A stretch of DNA of 35,849 bases from Actinomycetota bacterium (GTDB taxonomy: Bacteria > Actinomycetota > Actinomycetes > Nanopelagicales > Nanopelagicaceae): positions 1 through 35,849 of the forward strand of contig CANKTS010000001.1 of assembly GCA_947486485.1 (NCBI GenBank), written 5' to 3'. Positions 21,603 to 32,059 of this stretch are shown one piece after another. Made by a program: the position numbers and the translations under genes. Each line of letters starts with the position of its first letter. Position 1 is the stretch's first letter. The notes under the pieces were generated by a model. That model had not been told where the DNA came from, searched no databases, and saw nothing but the letters and a program-made list of their open reading frames with translations.

Positions 21603-22685
21603 TTATGATCCGATAGCAACTGTTTTGACTGAATTCATTAAATCTAACCAAGCGGCCTCAAATTTAGCCACCCCATCAATCTCCAAGTGCTTGGTCACCT
21701 TATCTAGATCAATGCCTGCCATCGCCAATTTAGCTAGGGTCGCCTTAGCGCTCTTTATATTTGGTGTAATTGTGTCACCACTAAATATGCCAGAATCTCT
21801 AACTATATTCAGAGTTGCCTCTGGCATTGTATTAACAGTATTTTTTGCAACTAGCAACATTACATAACGAGTTGGATCATAGGCACGATCTTTAACACCA
21901 GTTGATGCCCAAAGTGGGCGCTGCAGATTCCCACCCTTAACTTTCAAGCTTTGCCAGCGAGGAGTTTTTTCAAATGCTAAACACGCCTCGTATGCCATCA
22001 CTGCATTGGCAATTGCCGTCATGCCACGTAACTCAGAATCTATTGGTAGCTGTTTATCTACTTCAGAATCAATTCGGCTAATAAAAAAAGAGGCAACTGA
22101 GTGGATATCACTTATTGAAGCTCCATTACTTAATCCTTTTTCTAATCCTGCTGCATATGCAGCCAAAACCTCTTTGTATCTATTGACCGAAAAAATTAAG
22201 GTGACATTGACGCTAATACCGCTGGAAATTAAATCAGTAATAGCAGGTAGTCCTTCAATGGTAGCTGGCACCTTTATCAATAGATTTGGGCGATCGATAA
22301 TTTGCCACAACTGTTTACCTTGCATAATAGTGGCGGCAGTATCCCGAGCAAATCGGGGATCAACCTCAATTGAGACTCTGCCATCAACGCCATTAGTGCT
22401 CTTATAAATCTCTCCAAATAGATCACAGGCACTTCGAACATCATCGGTAGTTAACTTAGTAATTATGTCTTCAGTGGATTTATCCTTATTCTGCTTTATA
22501 TCACTTTGATAAAGTTGCGAGTTGCCAATCGCCGTTGCAAAGATATTTGGATTAGTAGTTACTCCAACCACATTATTAGTTTGGATTAATTTAGTTAATG
22601 AGCCATTTTTTAAGCGATCTCTGGATAAATCATCAAGCCAAACCGCAACCCCACTTTGGGATATTTGTGCCAACGCATTACCCAT
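21603..22685 (-). CDS. tal: Transaldolase
   Basis: VWLDDLSR, GVTTNP, VSIEVDP, IKVPAT, NVTLIFS, RPLWASTG. The ATG at 22685 (MGNAL), overlapping the tkt stop, is preferred over the track start at 22715. Confidence 0.96.
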   Translation of the reverse strand: MGNALAQISQSGVAVWLDDLSRDRLKNGSLTKLIQTNNVVGVTTNPNIFATAIGNSQLYQSDIKQNKDKSTEDIITKLTTDDVRSACDLFGEIYKSTNGVDGRVSIEVDPRFARDTAATIMQGKQLWQIIDRPNLLIKVPATIEGLPAITDLISSGISVNVTLIFSVNRYKEVLAAYAAGLEKGLSNGASISDIHSVASFFISRIDSEVDKQLPIDSELRGMTAIANAVMAYEACLAFEKTPRWQSLKVKGGNLQRPLWASTGVKDRAYDPTRYVMLLVAKNTVNTMPEATLNIVRDSGIFSGDTITPNIKSAKATLAKLAMAGIDLDKVTKHLEIDGVAKFEAAWLDLMNSVKTVAIGS

Positions 22686-24744
22686 TTGCGTTGCGAATAC
22701 TTTCTTTAGCAGCACTGACTACATTCTCAACGGTAAATCCAAACTCTTTAAACAAAACAGATGCGCTAGCTGATGCCCCAAAACTCTCTACTGAGATAGG
22801 TACACCACTATCACCAATATATTGATACCAAGGTTGTGCTACGCCAGCCTCGATGCTTACCCGTGCTTTAATTGTTTTAGGCAAAACTTGATTTCGATAA
22901 CTCTCAGGTTGCTCCATAAACCATTCAAGGCAGGGCGCACTAACTACTCGAGCCTTTATGCCTTGTTCTGCTAATTTTTCCCTAGCTGCAATTGCCAGGT
23001 GAATCTCTGAGCCGGTAGCAATTAAAATTACTTCACACTTATCTTTTGAGTCCGCACTGCCATAAGCTAAAACATATGCACCATTTGCAGCTCCTTGCGC
23101 AGATGCATATTTATTGCGATCAAGCACTGGCAAATTTTGTCGTGAAAGTGCCAACCCAACCGGTTTAGCGCGTTTAATAATCTCCTGCCAACAGATGCTC
23201 ACTTCATTTGCATCAGCAGGCCTGATTACAGCAAGGCCAGGAATAGTGCGAAGTGCAGCTAAATGTTCCACTGGTTGATGGGTTGGACCATCCTCACCAA
23301 GACCGATTGAATCATGGGTCCAAACATAGATGACTGGTAGTTGCATTAGCGCTGATAACCGAACTGCTCCGCGCATGTAATCGCTAAATACTAAAAATGT
23401 TCCTGCAAATGGTTTTACTAATCCATGTAGTGCTGCGCCATTTATAATCGCACCCATGGCATGCTCACGAATACCAAAGTGAATTATTCGACCGTATGGA
23501 TTTGCCCCAGCCATTTTGCTAGTTGCTGGTAAGAATGAGCCCCCACCTTCAATGGTGGTGTTATTGCTATCTGCTAAATCTGCTGAACCACCCCAGAACT
23601 CTGGGAGTGTCTTTGCAAGAACCTGAATTACTTTGCCAGATGCAGCTCTTGTGGCAATCTCTTTATCAATTGGAAATACTGGTAAAGATTTATCCCAATC
23701 AGGGGGTAACTTCTTATTGATTAATCTATTTAATAATTGAGCAGATTGTGGATTAGCTTTTTCCCAGTCATTAAATTGAACCTGCCACTGCTTATAAATC
23801 TCAGCTCCTCGCACCTTCACCGCTCTTGCATGAGCGATCACATCATCTGGAGCGATGAATGAATCTTGTGGGTCTAATCCTAGAATTTTCTTTGTTGCAG
23901 CAATCTCATCAGTACCTAATGCTGAGCCATGAGCCTTTGAAGTGCCCTTTGCATTTGGCGCAGGCCAAGCAATAACTGTGTGAAGATGAATGAGGACTGG
24001 CTTATTTTTCTCAGCAAGAGCGGCAATCATCGCTGCCTCTAATTTCTCTCGGTCAACATCACCATCTGCTTTAGCAGCAACCTCAATTACCACCCAGCCA
24101 TAGGCACGATACCTAGCTGAGACATCCTCAGTTGCGCTGATATGTGTGTCACCCTCAATTGAAATTCGATTATCATCATAAATTACCTTTAAGTTGCCAA
24201 GTTGTTGAGTTGCAGCAAGTGATGACGCTTCAGCACTAATGCCCTCTTGTAGATCACCATCGGAGCAGAGCACCCAAATATTATGATCAAACAAATCAGT
24301 TTTATTCTCTGGATCTAGCATTCCTTTTTCATACCTAGCTGCCATTGCCATACCAACACCGTTGGCAACTCCCTGACCAAGCGGACCAGTTGTTGTTTCA
24401 ACACCTAATGTGTGTCCGTACTCTGGGTGTCCAGGCGTCATCGCCTTATGGGTTCTAAAGTTTTTCAGATCCTCTAACTCCAAGCCGTAACCAGAAAGAT
24501 AAAGTTGAATATATAAGGTTAAGGAAGAGTGACCACAGGAGAGGATAAAGCGATCCCGAGCGATCCAATTTGGATTTGCTGGATCATGTTTAAGAATTCG
24601 TTGAAAAAGCGTATATGCAACAGGGGCTAGTGACATAGCAGTACCTGGATGGCCGTTTCCTACCTTTTGTGCCGCATCCATTGCAAAAGCTCGTGATATC
24701 GCAACCGCTCTATCATCTAGTGATTGCCATTTTAACAACTGCAT
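22678..24744 (-). CDS. tkt: Transketolase
   Basis: GHPGTAMS, DRFILSCGH, TTGPLGQG, DGDLQEG, FGIREHAM, THDSIGLGEDGPTHQP. Confidence 0.99.
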   Translation of the reverse strand: MQLLKWQSLDDRAVAISRAFAMDAAQKVGNGHPGTAMSLAPVAYTLFQRILKHDPANPNWIARDRFILSCGHSSLTLYIQLYLSGYGLELEDLKNFRTHKAMTPGHPEYGHTLGVETTTGPLGQGVANGVGMAMAARYEKGMLDPENKTDLFDHNIWVLCSDGDLQEGISAEASSLAATQQLGNLKVIYDDNRISIEGDTHISATEDVSARYRAYGWVVIEVAAKADGDVDREKLEAAMIAALAEKNKPVLIHLHTVIAWPAPNAKGTSKAHGSALGTDEIAATKKILGLDPQDSFIAPDDVIAHARAVKVRGAEIYKQWQVQFNDWEKANPQSAQLLNRLINKKLPPDWDKSLPVFPIDKEIATRAASGKVIQVLAKTLPEFWGGSADLADSNNTTIEGGGSFLPATSKMAGANPYGRIIHFGIREHAMGAIINGAALHGLVKPFAGTFLVFSDYMRGAVRLSALMQLPVIYVWTHDSIGLGEDGPTHQPVEHLAALRTIPGLAVIRPADANEVSICWQEIIKRAKPVGLALSRQNLPVLDRNKYASAQGAANGAYVLAYGSADSKDKCEVILIATGSEIHLAIAAREKLAEQGIKARVVSAPCLEWFMEQPESYRNQVLPKTIKARVSIEAGVAQPWYQYIGDSGVPISVESFGASASASVLFKEFGFTVENVVSAAKESIRNANG

Positions 24745-25644
24745 TTAATTCACCTTTCGGAATCTAAAACCTGAACCAGAGTGTTTAATAAGGCTCCAAG
24801 CACTACCCCAGACTAGCGTGGCACCAAGCAGATGCGCCCCCACAATTATCTCAGGTAAGCCAGTTAAGTATTGGATATACCCAATGCCACCTTGCGCGAA
24901 TGCGATTAAAAGAAATATTTGAATTTTACGAGTTAATATAGCTGAACCAGATTGCTTAATTAATAGCCAGAGAATGGTGCTTAGCACAAGCAAGGCAATC
25001 ACGAAATCAGCATGCAGCCAAGATACAGATTTAGGATCTAAAGCAAATCGTTTTGCATTCTCATCTCCAGCATGTGGTCCACTACCGGTAACTACTGTGC
25101 CAATGATCAAGACAAGTATAGTTAGCCAAAGCAGTATTGGAATTAGGGTGGCAATTAAGCCTTCAACTTTTTCACGACTTATTCCTATCATTTCAAAACG
25201 CAATGAGAGCGCACCTGCAATTAAAAATATAGAGAGTAAAAAGTGAGATGCAACTGGAATTGGATGCAGATCGGTTAAAACAGTAATTCCACCCAGTACG
25301 CCCTGACCTAATATTCCAAGAAGCTGCAAGGCTGCAAGTATGCGTACTCGAGTTTTCATTACTGCATTTTTTGATAACTTAATTGCCACAATTAGGGCAG
25401 CAACAGCGGTGAATAAAAGTACAAATGTTAAAAGACGGTTACCAAACTCAATCCAGGCATGTAGCGCTCCTTCGGCTTGATAGGGAACTGGTGTGTAGGA
25501 ACCTGGAGTGCACTCTGGCCAGGTTGGACAACCAAGGCCGGAGCCGGTGAGTCGAACCGCACCACCTGTAACAATTAGCGCGCCCTGTAGAAAAACTAGT
25601 AAGCCAAAAAGCCTTCCTGGCAGGGATTTTTTGGCTACCAACAT
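24745..25644 (-). CDS. ctaA: Heme A synthase (COX15/CtaA family)
   Basis: GGAVRLTGSGLGCPTWPEC, IEFGNR, conserved His residues in TM helices, GSGPHAGD; TAGGCT-6 nt-ATG leaderless start. Confidence 0.9.
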   Translation of the reverse strand: MLVAKKSLPGRLFGLLVFLQGALIVTGGAVRLTGSGLGCPTWPECTPGSYTPVPYQAEGALHAWIEFGNRLLTFVLLFTAVAALIVAIKLSKNAVMKTRVRILAALQLLGILGQGVLGGITVLTDLHPIPVASHFLLSIFLIAGALSLRFEMIGISREKVEGLIATLIPILLWLTILVLIIGTVVTGSGPHAGDENAKRFALDPKSVSWLHADFVIALLVLSTILWLLIKQSGSAILTRKIQIFLLIAFAQGGIGYIQYLTGLPEIIVGAHLLGATLVWGSAWSLIKHSGSGFRFRKVN

Positions 25645-25750
25645 GATTTAAGCCTATTGGTTTGTGCCCTAACCCCGCTTGATTGAGCGATAGGAGTAAG
25701 GCGTAATTCACACCATAAAGAGGCGGATGGATTGGCGCTTATCGCTGAAT

Positions 25751-25773
25751 TACGCAACACTTATGTTGTGAAA
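25751..25773. promoter_or_regulatory. Putative SufR operator overlapping the sufR promoter and start codon
   Basis: TACGCAACA-CTTA-TGTTGTGAA imperfect palindrome with core CAAC-N6-GTTG (25755-25768). Confidence 0.75.
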
Positions 25774-26457
25774 AAGAGTGAGCCAGATAAGACCCGCGAT
25801 CAGGTTGCGCGCACCATTTTAGAGGCAGGCCCAACTACTGCTGCAGATTTAGCACAGAAATTAGCAATCACACCAGCAGGTATTCGCCGCCATTTAGATT
25901 CCTTAATTGCCGAGGGTGTATTAACTGCGCGGGAGCCTTATCAAAGCAGCACAATTCGTGGCAGAGGCAGACCATCAAAGGTATTTGTAATGACAGATGG
26001 TGGGCGAGAAAAATTTGAACACTCATATGATGATCTTGCAGTTGCTGCGTTGAAGTTTATGGCTAGCAAAAATGGCTCCCACCTTGTTACTGAGTTTGCA
26101 CAAAGTAGGGCTAATGAATTTATCCGTAAGGGTGAGCAAATTAAGCTCTCTAATAAAAATATCTCAGAAAAAACTCGGGCGCTTGCGAAGATATTAACTA
26201 AAGAGGGTTATGCCGCCACAACTGACAAGATGGGAAGCGGTGAAGAGATTTGCCAACACCACTGTCCAATTGCTCACGTAGCATCTGAGTTTCCCCAACT
26301 CTGCGAGGCAGAGACTGCAGCATTTTCAGCAATTCTTGGAACCCATGTTCAACGTCTTGCCACTATTGCCCACGGTGATGGTGTTTGCACCACATTTATC
26401 CCTTCAAATAATTCCCAAAAACGTAAATCCAAAACTAAAGAAGGAGCACGCTCATGA
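25768..26457 (+). CDS. sufR: Fe-S cluster biogenesis regulator SufR
   Basis: N-terminal HTH ([15 protein letters not shown]); Cys ligands HHCPI, LCEAE, VCTT; first gene of the suf operon. GTG 25768 is preferred over TTG 25732. Confidence 0.92.
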   Translation: MKKSEPDKTRDQVARTILEAGPTTAADLAQKLAITPAGIRRHLDSLIAEGVLTAREPYQSSTIRGRGRPSKVFVMTDGGREKFEHSYDDLAVAALKFMASKNGSHLVTEFAQSRANEFIRKGEQIKLSNKNISEKTRALAKILTKEGYAATTDKMGSGEEICQHHCPIAHVASEFPQLCEAETAAFSAILGTHVQRLATIAHGDGVCTTFIPSNNSQKRKSKTKEGARS

Positions 26458-27866
26458 CCCAAATCGCCCATCCAGAATTAGAAGGTATTGGAAAGTATGA
26501 GTACGGCTGGTCAGATAAAACTGATGCTGGGTCAAATAGTCGTCGCGGTCTTAATGAAGAGGTTGTTCGTGATATCTCAGCTAAGAAGAGTGAGCCACAA
26601 TGGATGCTTGATCTTCGCTTAAAAGGTTTAGGTTTATTTGATAAGAAGCCAATGCCAAGTTGGGGATCAGATTTAAGTGGCATTTTCTTTGACACAATCA
26701 AATACTTTGTCCGCTCAACTGAGAAGCAAGCTACCTCTTGGGAAGATCTGCCAGATGATATTAAAAATACCTATGACCGACTTGGTATTCCAGAGGCAGA
26801 GAAAAAACGTTTAGTTTCTGGTGTTGCTGCTCAATATGAGTCTGAGGTGGTTTACCACTCAATCCGAGAAGATTTAGAGAAGCAGGGTGTGCTATTTCTT
26901 GACACCGATACTGCACTACGCACCCATGGTGATCTATTTAAAGAGTACTTTGGAACGGTAATTCCAGTTGGCGATAACAAATTTGCCGCCCTTAATACCG
27001 CTGTTTGGTCTGGCGGTTCATTTATCTATGTACCAAAGGGTGTAAAGGTTGATATTCCACTTCAAGCATACTTCCGAATTAATACTGAGAATATGGGCCA
27101 GTTTGAGCGCACCTTAATCATCGCTGATGAAGATTCATATATTCACTATGTTGAAGGTTGCACTGCGCCGATTTACTCATCTGATTCATTGCACTCAGCA
27201 GTTGTTGAAATTATTGTAAAGAAAAATGCTCGAGTTCGTTATACAACTATTCAAAACTGGTCAAACAATGTTTATAACTTGGTAACAAAGCGAGCAACAT
27301 GTGCTGAGGGAGCCACTATGGAGTGGATCGATGGCAACATCGGATCTAAGGTAACCATGAAGTATCCAGCTGTTATGTTGATGGGGCCACACTCAAAGGG
27401 TGAGACACTTTCAATCGCCTTTGCTGGTGAGGGACAACATCAAGATGCTGGTGCAAAGATGGTTCATGCCGCCCCTTATACATCATCAACAATTATCTCT
27501 AAATCAGTTGCACGAGGTGGTGGTCGAACCTCATACCGTGGTTTAGTAAAGGTAGAAAAAGGTGCGCATCACTCTAAGAGCACAGTTAAATGTGACGCCC
27601 TGCTTGTTGACACTATTTCGCGCTCTGATACATATCCTTATGTTGATGTTCGCGAAGATGATGTCTCTATGGGACATGAGGCGACAGTCTCTAAAATCAG
27701 TGATGACCAACTCTTTTACTTAATGTCTCGTGGCTTAAGTGAGGATGAGGCGATGGCGATGATTGTGCGTGGCTTTATTGAGCCAATCGCTAAGGAGCTA
27801 CCAATGGAGTATGCCCTTGAATTAAATCGACTTATTGAAATGCAAATGGAAGGCGCAGTTGGTTAA
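26454..27866 (+). CDS. sufB: Fe-S assembly protein SufB
   Basis: [38 protein letters not shown]; no intein (470 aa). Confidence 0.98.
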   Translation: MTQIAHPELEGIGKYEYGWSDKTDAGSNSRRGLNEEVVRDISAKKSEPQWMLDLRLKGLGLFDKKPMPSWGSDLSGIFFDTIKYFVRSTEKQATSWEDLPDDIKNTYDRLGIPEAEKKRLVSGVAAQYESEVVYHSIREDLEKQGVLFLDTDTALRTHGDLFKEYFGTVIPVGDNKFAALNTAVWSGGSFIYVPKGVKVDIPLQAYFRINTENMGQFERTLIIADEDSYIHYVEGCTAPIYSSDSLHSAVVEIIVKKNARVRYTTIQNWSNNVYNLVTKRATCAEGATMEWIDGNIGSKVTMKYPAVMLMGPHSKGETLSIAFAGEGQHQDAGAKMVHAAPYTSSTIISKSVARGGGRTSYRGLVKVEKGAHHSKSTVKCDALLVDTISRSDTYPYVDVREDDVSMGHEATVSKISDDQLFYLMSRGLSEDEAMAMIVRGFIEPIAKELPMEYALELNRLIEMQMEGAVG

Positions 27867-28951
27867 TGAGTTTATTAACTAGTAATTACCTAACCCCACA
27901 TGGTCGGGAGGAGGAGTGGCGCTTTACTCCGCTAAAGCGGCTTGCTGGTTTACATGATCTTGCAGTAGATATTGCTGATCATATTTCTATCTCCAGTAAA
28001 GCAGCCCTTGCTGCCGGCGTATCACTTACTACTCCAGATTCCGCTGAGGTTCCACCTGGCTACGCATCAACTGATGTGGTTACAAATCGAATTCGACAAA
28101 ATGTTAAAAAGATCTCCTTACTCACTATTGATAAGGATATCGAGCTAAGTGAACCAATCTTTTTAAAACGTAGTTGCACCAGCACTGCTGAACTGAGCAG
28201 ATTGGTAATTCAAGCTGGCGTAAATAGTAGAGCAACTGTAATTATTGAAAATAATGGTTCAGCTCAAATCGGGGAAGAGATTGAAATTTCACTAGCCGCT
28301 GGTGCCAGTCTTAACTTTATTACCTTGCAGGAGTGGGATAGAAATGCTGTTCATGTTGGCCAACACCACGCAATTATTGCCAAGGATGCACAATTCACCT
28401 CTTACGTAGTTTCAATTGGTGGTTCAGTTGTACGTATTAGTCCAACTGTTGAATTTACTGGTCCTGGTGCCTTTGCTGATCTATATGGAATCTACTTTGC
28501 AACCGATGGACAGCATCTAGAGCATCGGATCCATGTTGATCACAATGTACCAAATGCAAAATCTAGGGTTAATTACAAGGGAGCATTAGCTGGTAATGAT
28601 GCGCGTACGGTATGGATTGGGGATGTGTTTATTCATAAAGGTGCAGATGGAACTGACACATATGAGTTAAACCGAAATCTTTTACTAACAGATGGTGCTC
28701 GTGCTGACTCGGTTCCGAATTTAGAGATTGAAACGGGTGAGATTATTGGCGCAGGCCATGCCAGCACAACTGGTCGCTTTGATGATGAGCAACTATTTTA
28801 TCTGCAATCGCGGGGAATCCCTTCCGATATTGCTCGCAGATTAGTTATTCGTGGCTTCTTTGCTGAGATTGTAAGTAAATTAAAGAGTGAAGAGTTAGAA
28901 GAGCGATTGATGAGCAGAATTGATGATGAGTTAGCAAAGGTAGGAGAGTAA
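27866..28951 (+). CDS. sufD: Fe-S assembly protein SufD
   Basis: EEWRFTPL, ADSVPNLEI, AGHASTTGRFDDEQLFYLQSRG. Confidence 0.96.
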   Translation: MSLLTSNYLTPHGREEEWRFTPLKRLAGLHDLAVDIADHISISSKAALAAGVSLTTPDSAEVPPGYASTDVVTNRIRQNVKKISLLTIDKDIELSEPIFLKRSCTSTAELSRLVIQAGVNSRATVIIENNGSAQIGEEIEISLAAGASLNFITLQEWDRNAVHVGQHHAIIAKDAQFTSYVVSIGGSVVRISPTVEFTGPGAFADLYGIYFATDGQHLEHRIHVDHNVPNAKSRVNYKGALAGNDARTVWIGDVFIHKGADGTDTYELNRNLLLTDGARADSVPNLEIETGEIIGAGHASTTGRFDDEQLFYLQSRGIPSDIARRLVIRGFFAEIVSKLKSEELEERLMSRIDDELAKVGE

Positions 28952-29244
28952 TGAGTGAGTTAGCTTTTGATTCGCTAGTTGATAGTAAGCCAGTTGCTAT
29001 TGAGGTAAATGGCACAGCAGTTTGTGTTACCCGAGTAGGGGATGAAGTTTTTGCAATTGCAGATACCTGCACACATTCTGAGGCCTCTCTTTCGGAGGGT
29101 GAGGTTACTGGCACCAAGATTGAGTGTTGGCTACATGGCGCAGAGTTTGATTTGCGTACCGGGCAAGCACTTACCCCACCAGCAACTGAAGCGTTAAAGA
29201 CCTTTACTGTAAAGCGCGATGGCAACAAAGTATTAATCAGTTAA
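28951..29244 (+). CDS. Rieske [2Fe-2S] ferredoxin
   Basis: CTH and ECWLHG ligand motifs. Confidence 0.94.
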   Translation: MSELAFDSLVDSKPVAIEVNGTAVCVTRVGDEVFAIADTCTHSEASLSEGEVTGTKIECWLHGAEFDLRTGQALTPPATEALKTFTVKRDGNKVLIS

Positions 29245-29266
29245 CCCAACAACATAGGAGATAAAA

Positions 29267-30019
29267 ATGAGCGTATTAGAGATTAAGAACTTGCAGGTAA
29301 GTGTGTTAACCGATGCTGGAAATAAAGAGATTTTACGAGGTGTAGATCTGACAATTCGATCTGGTGAGACCCATGCAATTATGGGACCAAATGGTTCTGG
29401 TAAATCAACACTTGCATACTCAATTGCGGGCCATCCTAAATACATTATTACTGGCGGATCTGTAACGTTAGATGGCGCGGATGTACTTGAGATGAGTGTT
29501 GATGAGCGAGCTAAGGCTGGATTATTTTTAGCAATGCAGTACCCAGTTGAGGTACCAGGTGTTTCAGTGTCTAACTTCTTAAGAACTGCAGTTACTGCAA
29601 TCCGTGGTGAGGCACCAAAGGTTCGTACCTGGGTTGGCGAGGTTAAAGCTGCTATGGCTTCATTAAATATGGATACTGATTTTTCAGAGCGAAATGTTAA
29701 TGAGGGCTTCTCAGGTGGGGAGAAAAAGCGTCATGAGATTTTGCAGATGGAGTTACTAAAGCCAAAGATTGCAATTTTAGATGAGACTGATTCAGGTCTT
29801 GATGTTGATGCGCTTCGAATTGTTTCTGAAGGTGTTAATCGCGTAAAGGCCAACTCTGATCTTGGGGTTATGTTAATCACCCACTACACCAGAATTCTTC
29901 GTTACATAAAGCCTGATTATGTGCATGTATTTGCTAATGGCAAAATTGTTGAAGAGGGTGGACCAGAGCTTGCTGACAAGCTTGAGGAGAAGGGTTACGC
30001 AGAGTACATAACTGCGTAA
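29267..30019 (+). CDS. sufC: Fe-S assembly ATPase SufC
   Basis: GPNGSGKST, NEGFSGGEKKR, LDETDSGLD. Confidence 0.98.
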   Translation: MSVLEIKNLQVSVLTDAGNKEILRGVDLTIRSGETHAIMGPNGSGKSTLAYSIAGHPKYIITGGSVTLDGADVLEMSVDERAKAGLFLAMQYPVEVPGVSVSNFLRTAVTAIRGEAPKVRTWVGEVKAAMASLNMDTDFSERNVNEGFSGGEKKRHEILQMELLKPKIAILDETDSGLDVDALRIVSEGVNRVKANSDLGVMLITHYTRILRYIKPDYVHVFANGKIVEEGGPELADKLEEKGYAEYITA

Positions 30020-30025
30020 TACACA

Positions 30026-31273
30026 ATGAGTGTAGATCTATCTAAATACAAGAAGGATTTTCCCATTCTCCATCGCAAGGTGCGAGGTGGTAATCCTTTA
30101 ATCTACTTAGATAATGGTGCCACCTCACAGAAGCCAGAGTCAGTGATTGCTGCTGAATCAAATTTTTATCGAACAATTAACTCTGCTGTTCACCGTGGTG
30201 CACATCTGCTAGCTGAAGAGGCATCGCAGGCTTATGAATCTGCCAGAGAGAATCTTGCTAATTTTATTGGTGCAAAAAATGATGAGGTAATTTTTACCAA
30301 AAGTGCTACTGAGTCTTTAAATATGATCGCCTACTCATTAGGCAACCCGGACTCAAAATTTAATGTATCTGAGGGTGATGAGATTGTGGTCTCTGAGATG
30401 GAGCACCACGCTAATTTAATTCCGTGGCAACAACTTGCTAAGCGAACTGGTGCAAAATTACGCTGGTTTACTATCACAAAGGATGGCAGATTAGATACTT
30501 CTAATATTGATACGCTGATCAATAAGAAGACTAAAGTTGTTGCAATCACCCATCAATCAAATGTTTTTGGAACCATTGTGCCTCTGACTGAGATTACTAA
30601 GGCAGCACATGCAGTTGGTGCAGTTGTGGTGTTAGATGCCTGTCAATCAGCACCCCACTTTGCAGTTGATGTTAAAAAATTAGATGTTGATTTTCTAGCA
30701 TTCTCTGGCCACAAAGCTTTAGGTCCAACTGGAGTTGGAATTCTTTGGGGTAGGCAGGAGTTATTAGAGAAGCTTGAACCGGCATTATTTGGTGGTTCAA
30801 TGGTTGATTCAGTAAGTATGGAGGGGGCGACCTGGGCAAAAGCGCCTAGAAAATTTGAAGCAGGTGTTCCTAATATGGCACAAGCTGTTGGATTATCAGC
30901 TGCAATTGATTATTTAAATATGGTTGGGATGGAAAAGATTGCAGAGCATGAAGCGGATTTAACTAAGCAATTACTCGATGGTATTTCTAAAATTTCTGGG
31001 GTAGATGTAATTGGCCCACTTGATATGAAAGATCGTGGCGGCGTAGTCTCCTTCACAGTCGATGGCGTGCACCCCCATGATGTTGGACAGGTTCTTGATC
31101 AGTATGGAATAGCAGTCAGAACAGGCCATCACTGCGCCTGGCCGTTGATGCGCAAACTTAATTTAGTAGGCACTACTAGAGCATCATTTCATTTATATAA
31201 CGACTCATCTGATATCACCGCTCTTCTTGCAGCAATTGAGCAGGTTAAAATTTACTTCAAGGTGGGAAAGTAA
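30026..31273 (+). CDS. sufS: Cysteine desulfurase SufS
   Basis: YLDNGATSQKP, EHHAN, FSGHK, RTGHHCA. Confidence 0.98.
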   Translation: MSVDLSKYKKDFPILHRKVRGGNPLIYLDNGATSQKPESVIAAESNFYRTINSAVHRGAHLLAEEASQAYESARENLANFIGAKNDEVIFTKSATESLNMIAYSLGNPDSKFNVSEGDEIVVSEMEHHANLIPWQQLAKRTGAKLRWFTITKDGRLDTSNIDTLINKKTKVVAITHQSNVFGTIVPLTEITKAAHAVGAVVVLDACQSAPHFAVDVKKLDVDFLAFSGHKALGPTGVGILWGRQELLEKLEPALFGGSMVDSVSMEGATWAKAPRKFEAGVPNMAQAVGLSAAIDYLNMVGMEKIAEHEADLTKQLLDGISKISGVDVIGPLDMKDRGGVVSFTVDGVHPHDVGQVLDQYGIAVRTGHHCAWPLMRKLNLVGTTRASFHLYNDSSDITALLAAIEQVKIYFKVGK

Positions 31274-31707
31274 TGGAGTTAGATTCACTCTATCAAGAGG
31301 TAATTCTTGATCACTATAAGTCGCCTAAACATAAAGGATTATCAGAGCAGAAAGATATTCAAGTCCATCATAACAACCCTAGTTGTGGTGATGAAGTAAC
31401 TCTTAATTTGTTAATGAACGGGCAAATAGTTAAGGAGATTTCCTGGGATGGGATTGGCTGCTCAATATCAATGGCAAGTGCCTCAGTGATGAGTGAGCTA
31501 TTAATTGGTAAGAGCTATCAAGAGGCGATGAAGATTCTTGATGCTTTTGTAGAGTTAATGCAGAGCAAGGGGCAGTCAGTAGGGGATGAGAACTTACTAG
31601 AGGATGGTGTGGCATTTGCTGGCGTATCTAAGTTTCCAGCCCGAATTAAATGCGCCCTACTCGGTTGGATGGCATTTAAAGATGCTTCTGCGCAAGTGAT
31701 GGCATAG
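31273..31707 (+). CDS. sufU: SUF system scaffold/sulfur-transfer protein SufU
   Basis: LYQEVILDH, NPSCGD, GCSIS, RIKCA. Confidence 0.97.
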   Translation: MELDSLYQEVILDHYKSPKHKGLSEQKDIQVHHNNPSCGDEVTLNLLMNGQIVKEISWDGIGCSISMASASVMSELLIGKSYQEAMKILDAFVELMQSKGQSVGDENLLEDGVAFAGVSKFPARIKCALLGWMAFKDASAQVMA

Positions 31708-31716
31708 GATTAGCAG

Positions 31717-32028
31717 ATGAGTACAACTATTGATGATGTAACAGAGGCGATGAAGGATGTAATTGATCCAGAGCTTGGCATTAACGTAGTTGATCTTGGC
31801 TTAGTTTATGACATGCGGTTAGATGAAAATAATATTGCAACCCTTGATATGACACTAACCTCTGCTGCATGCCCATTGCAAGATGTAATTGAGGATCAAA
31901 CTCGACAGGTTCTAGCTGATATAACTTCAGATGTGAAAATCAACTGGGTATGGCTACCACCTTGGGGTCCAAACAAAATTTCTGATGATGGGCGCGAACA
32001 ATTACGCTCTATTGGATTTACTGTTTAA
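31717..32028 (+). CDS. sufT: DUF59 Fe-S assembly factor (SufT/PaaD-like)
   Basis: DPELGINVVDLGLVY, TLTSAACP, WLPPW. Confidence 0.92.
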   Translation: MSTTIDDVTEAMKDVIDPELGINVVDLGLVYDMRLDENNIATLDMTLTSAACPLQDVIEDQTRQVLADITSDVKINWVWLPPWGPNKISDDGREQLRSIGFTV

Positions 32029-32059
32029 ATTTTATTCTAGACCTCACTAAGGTTGTCTT

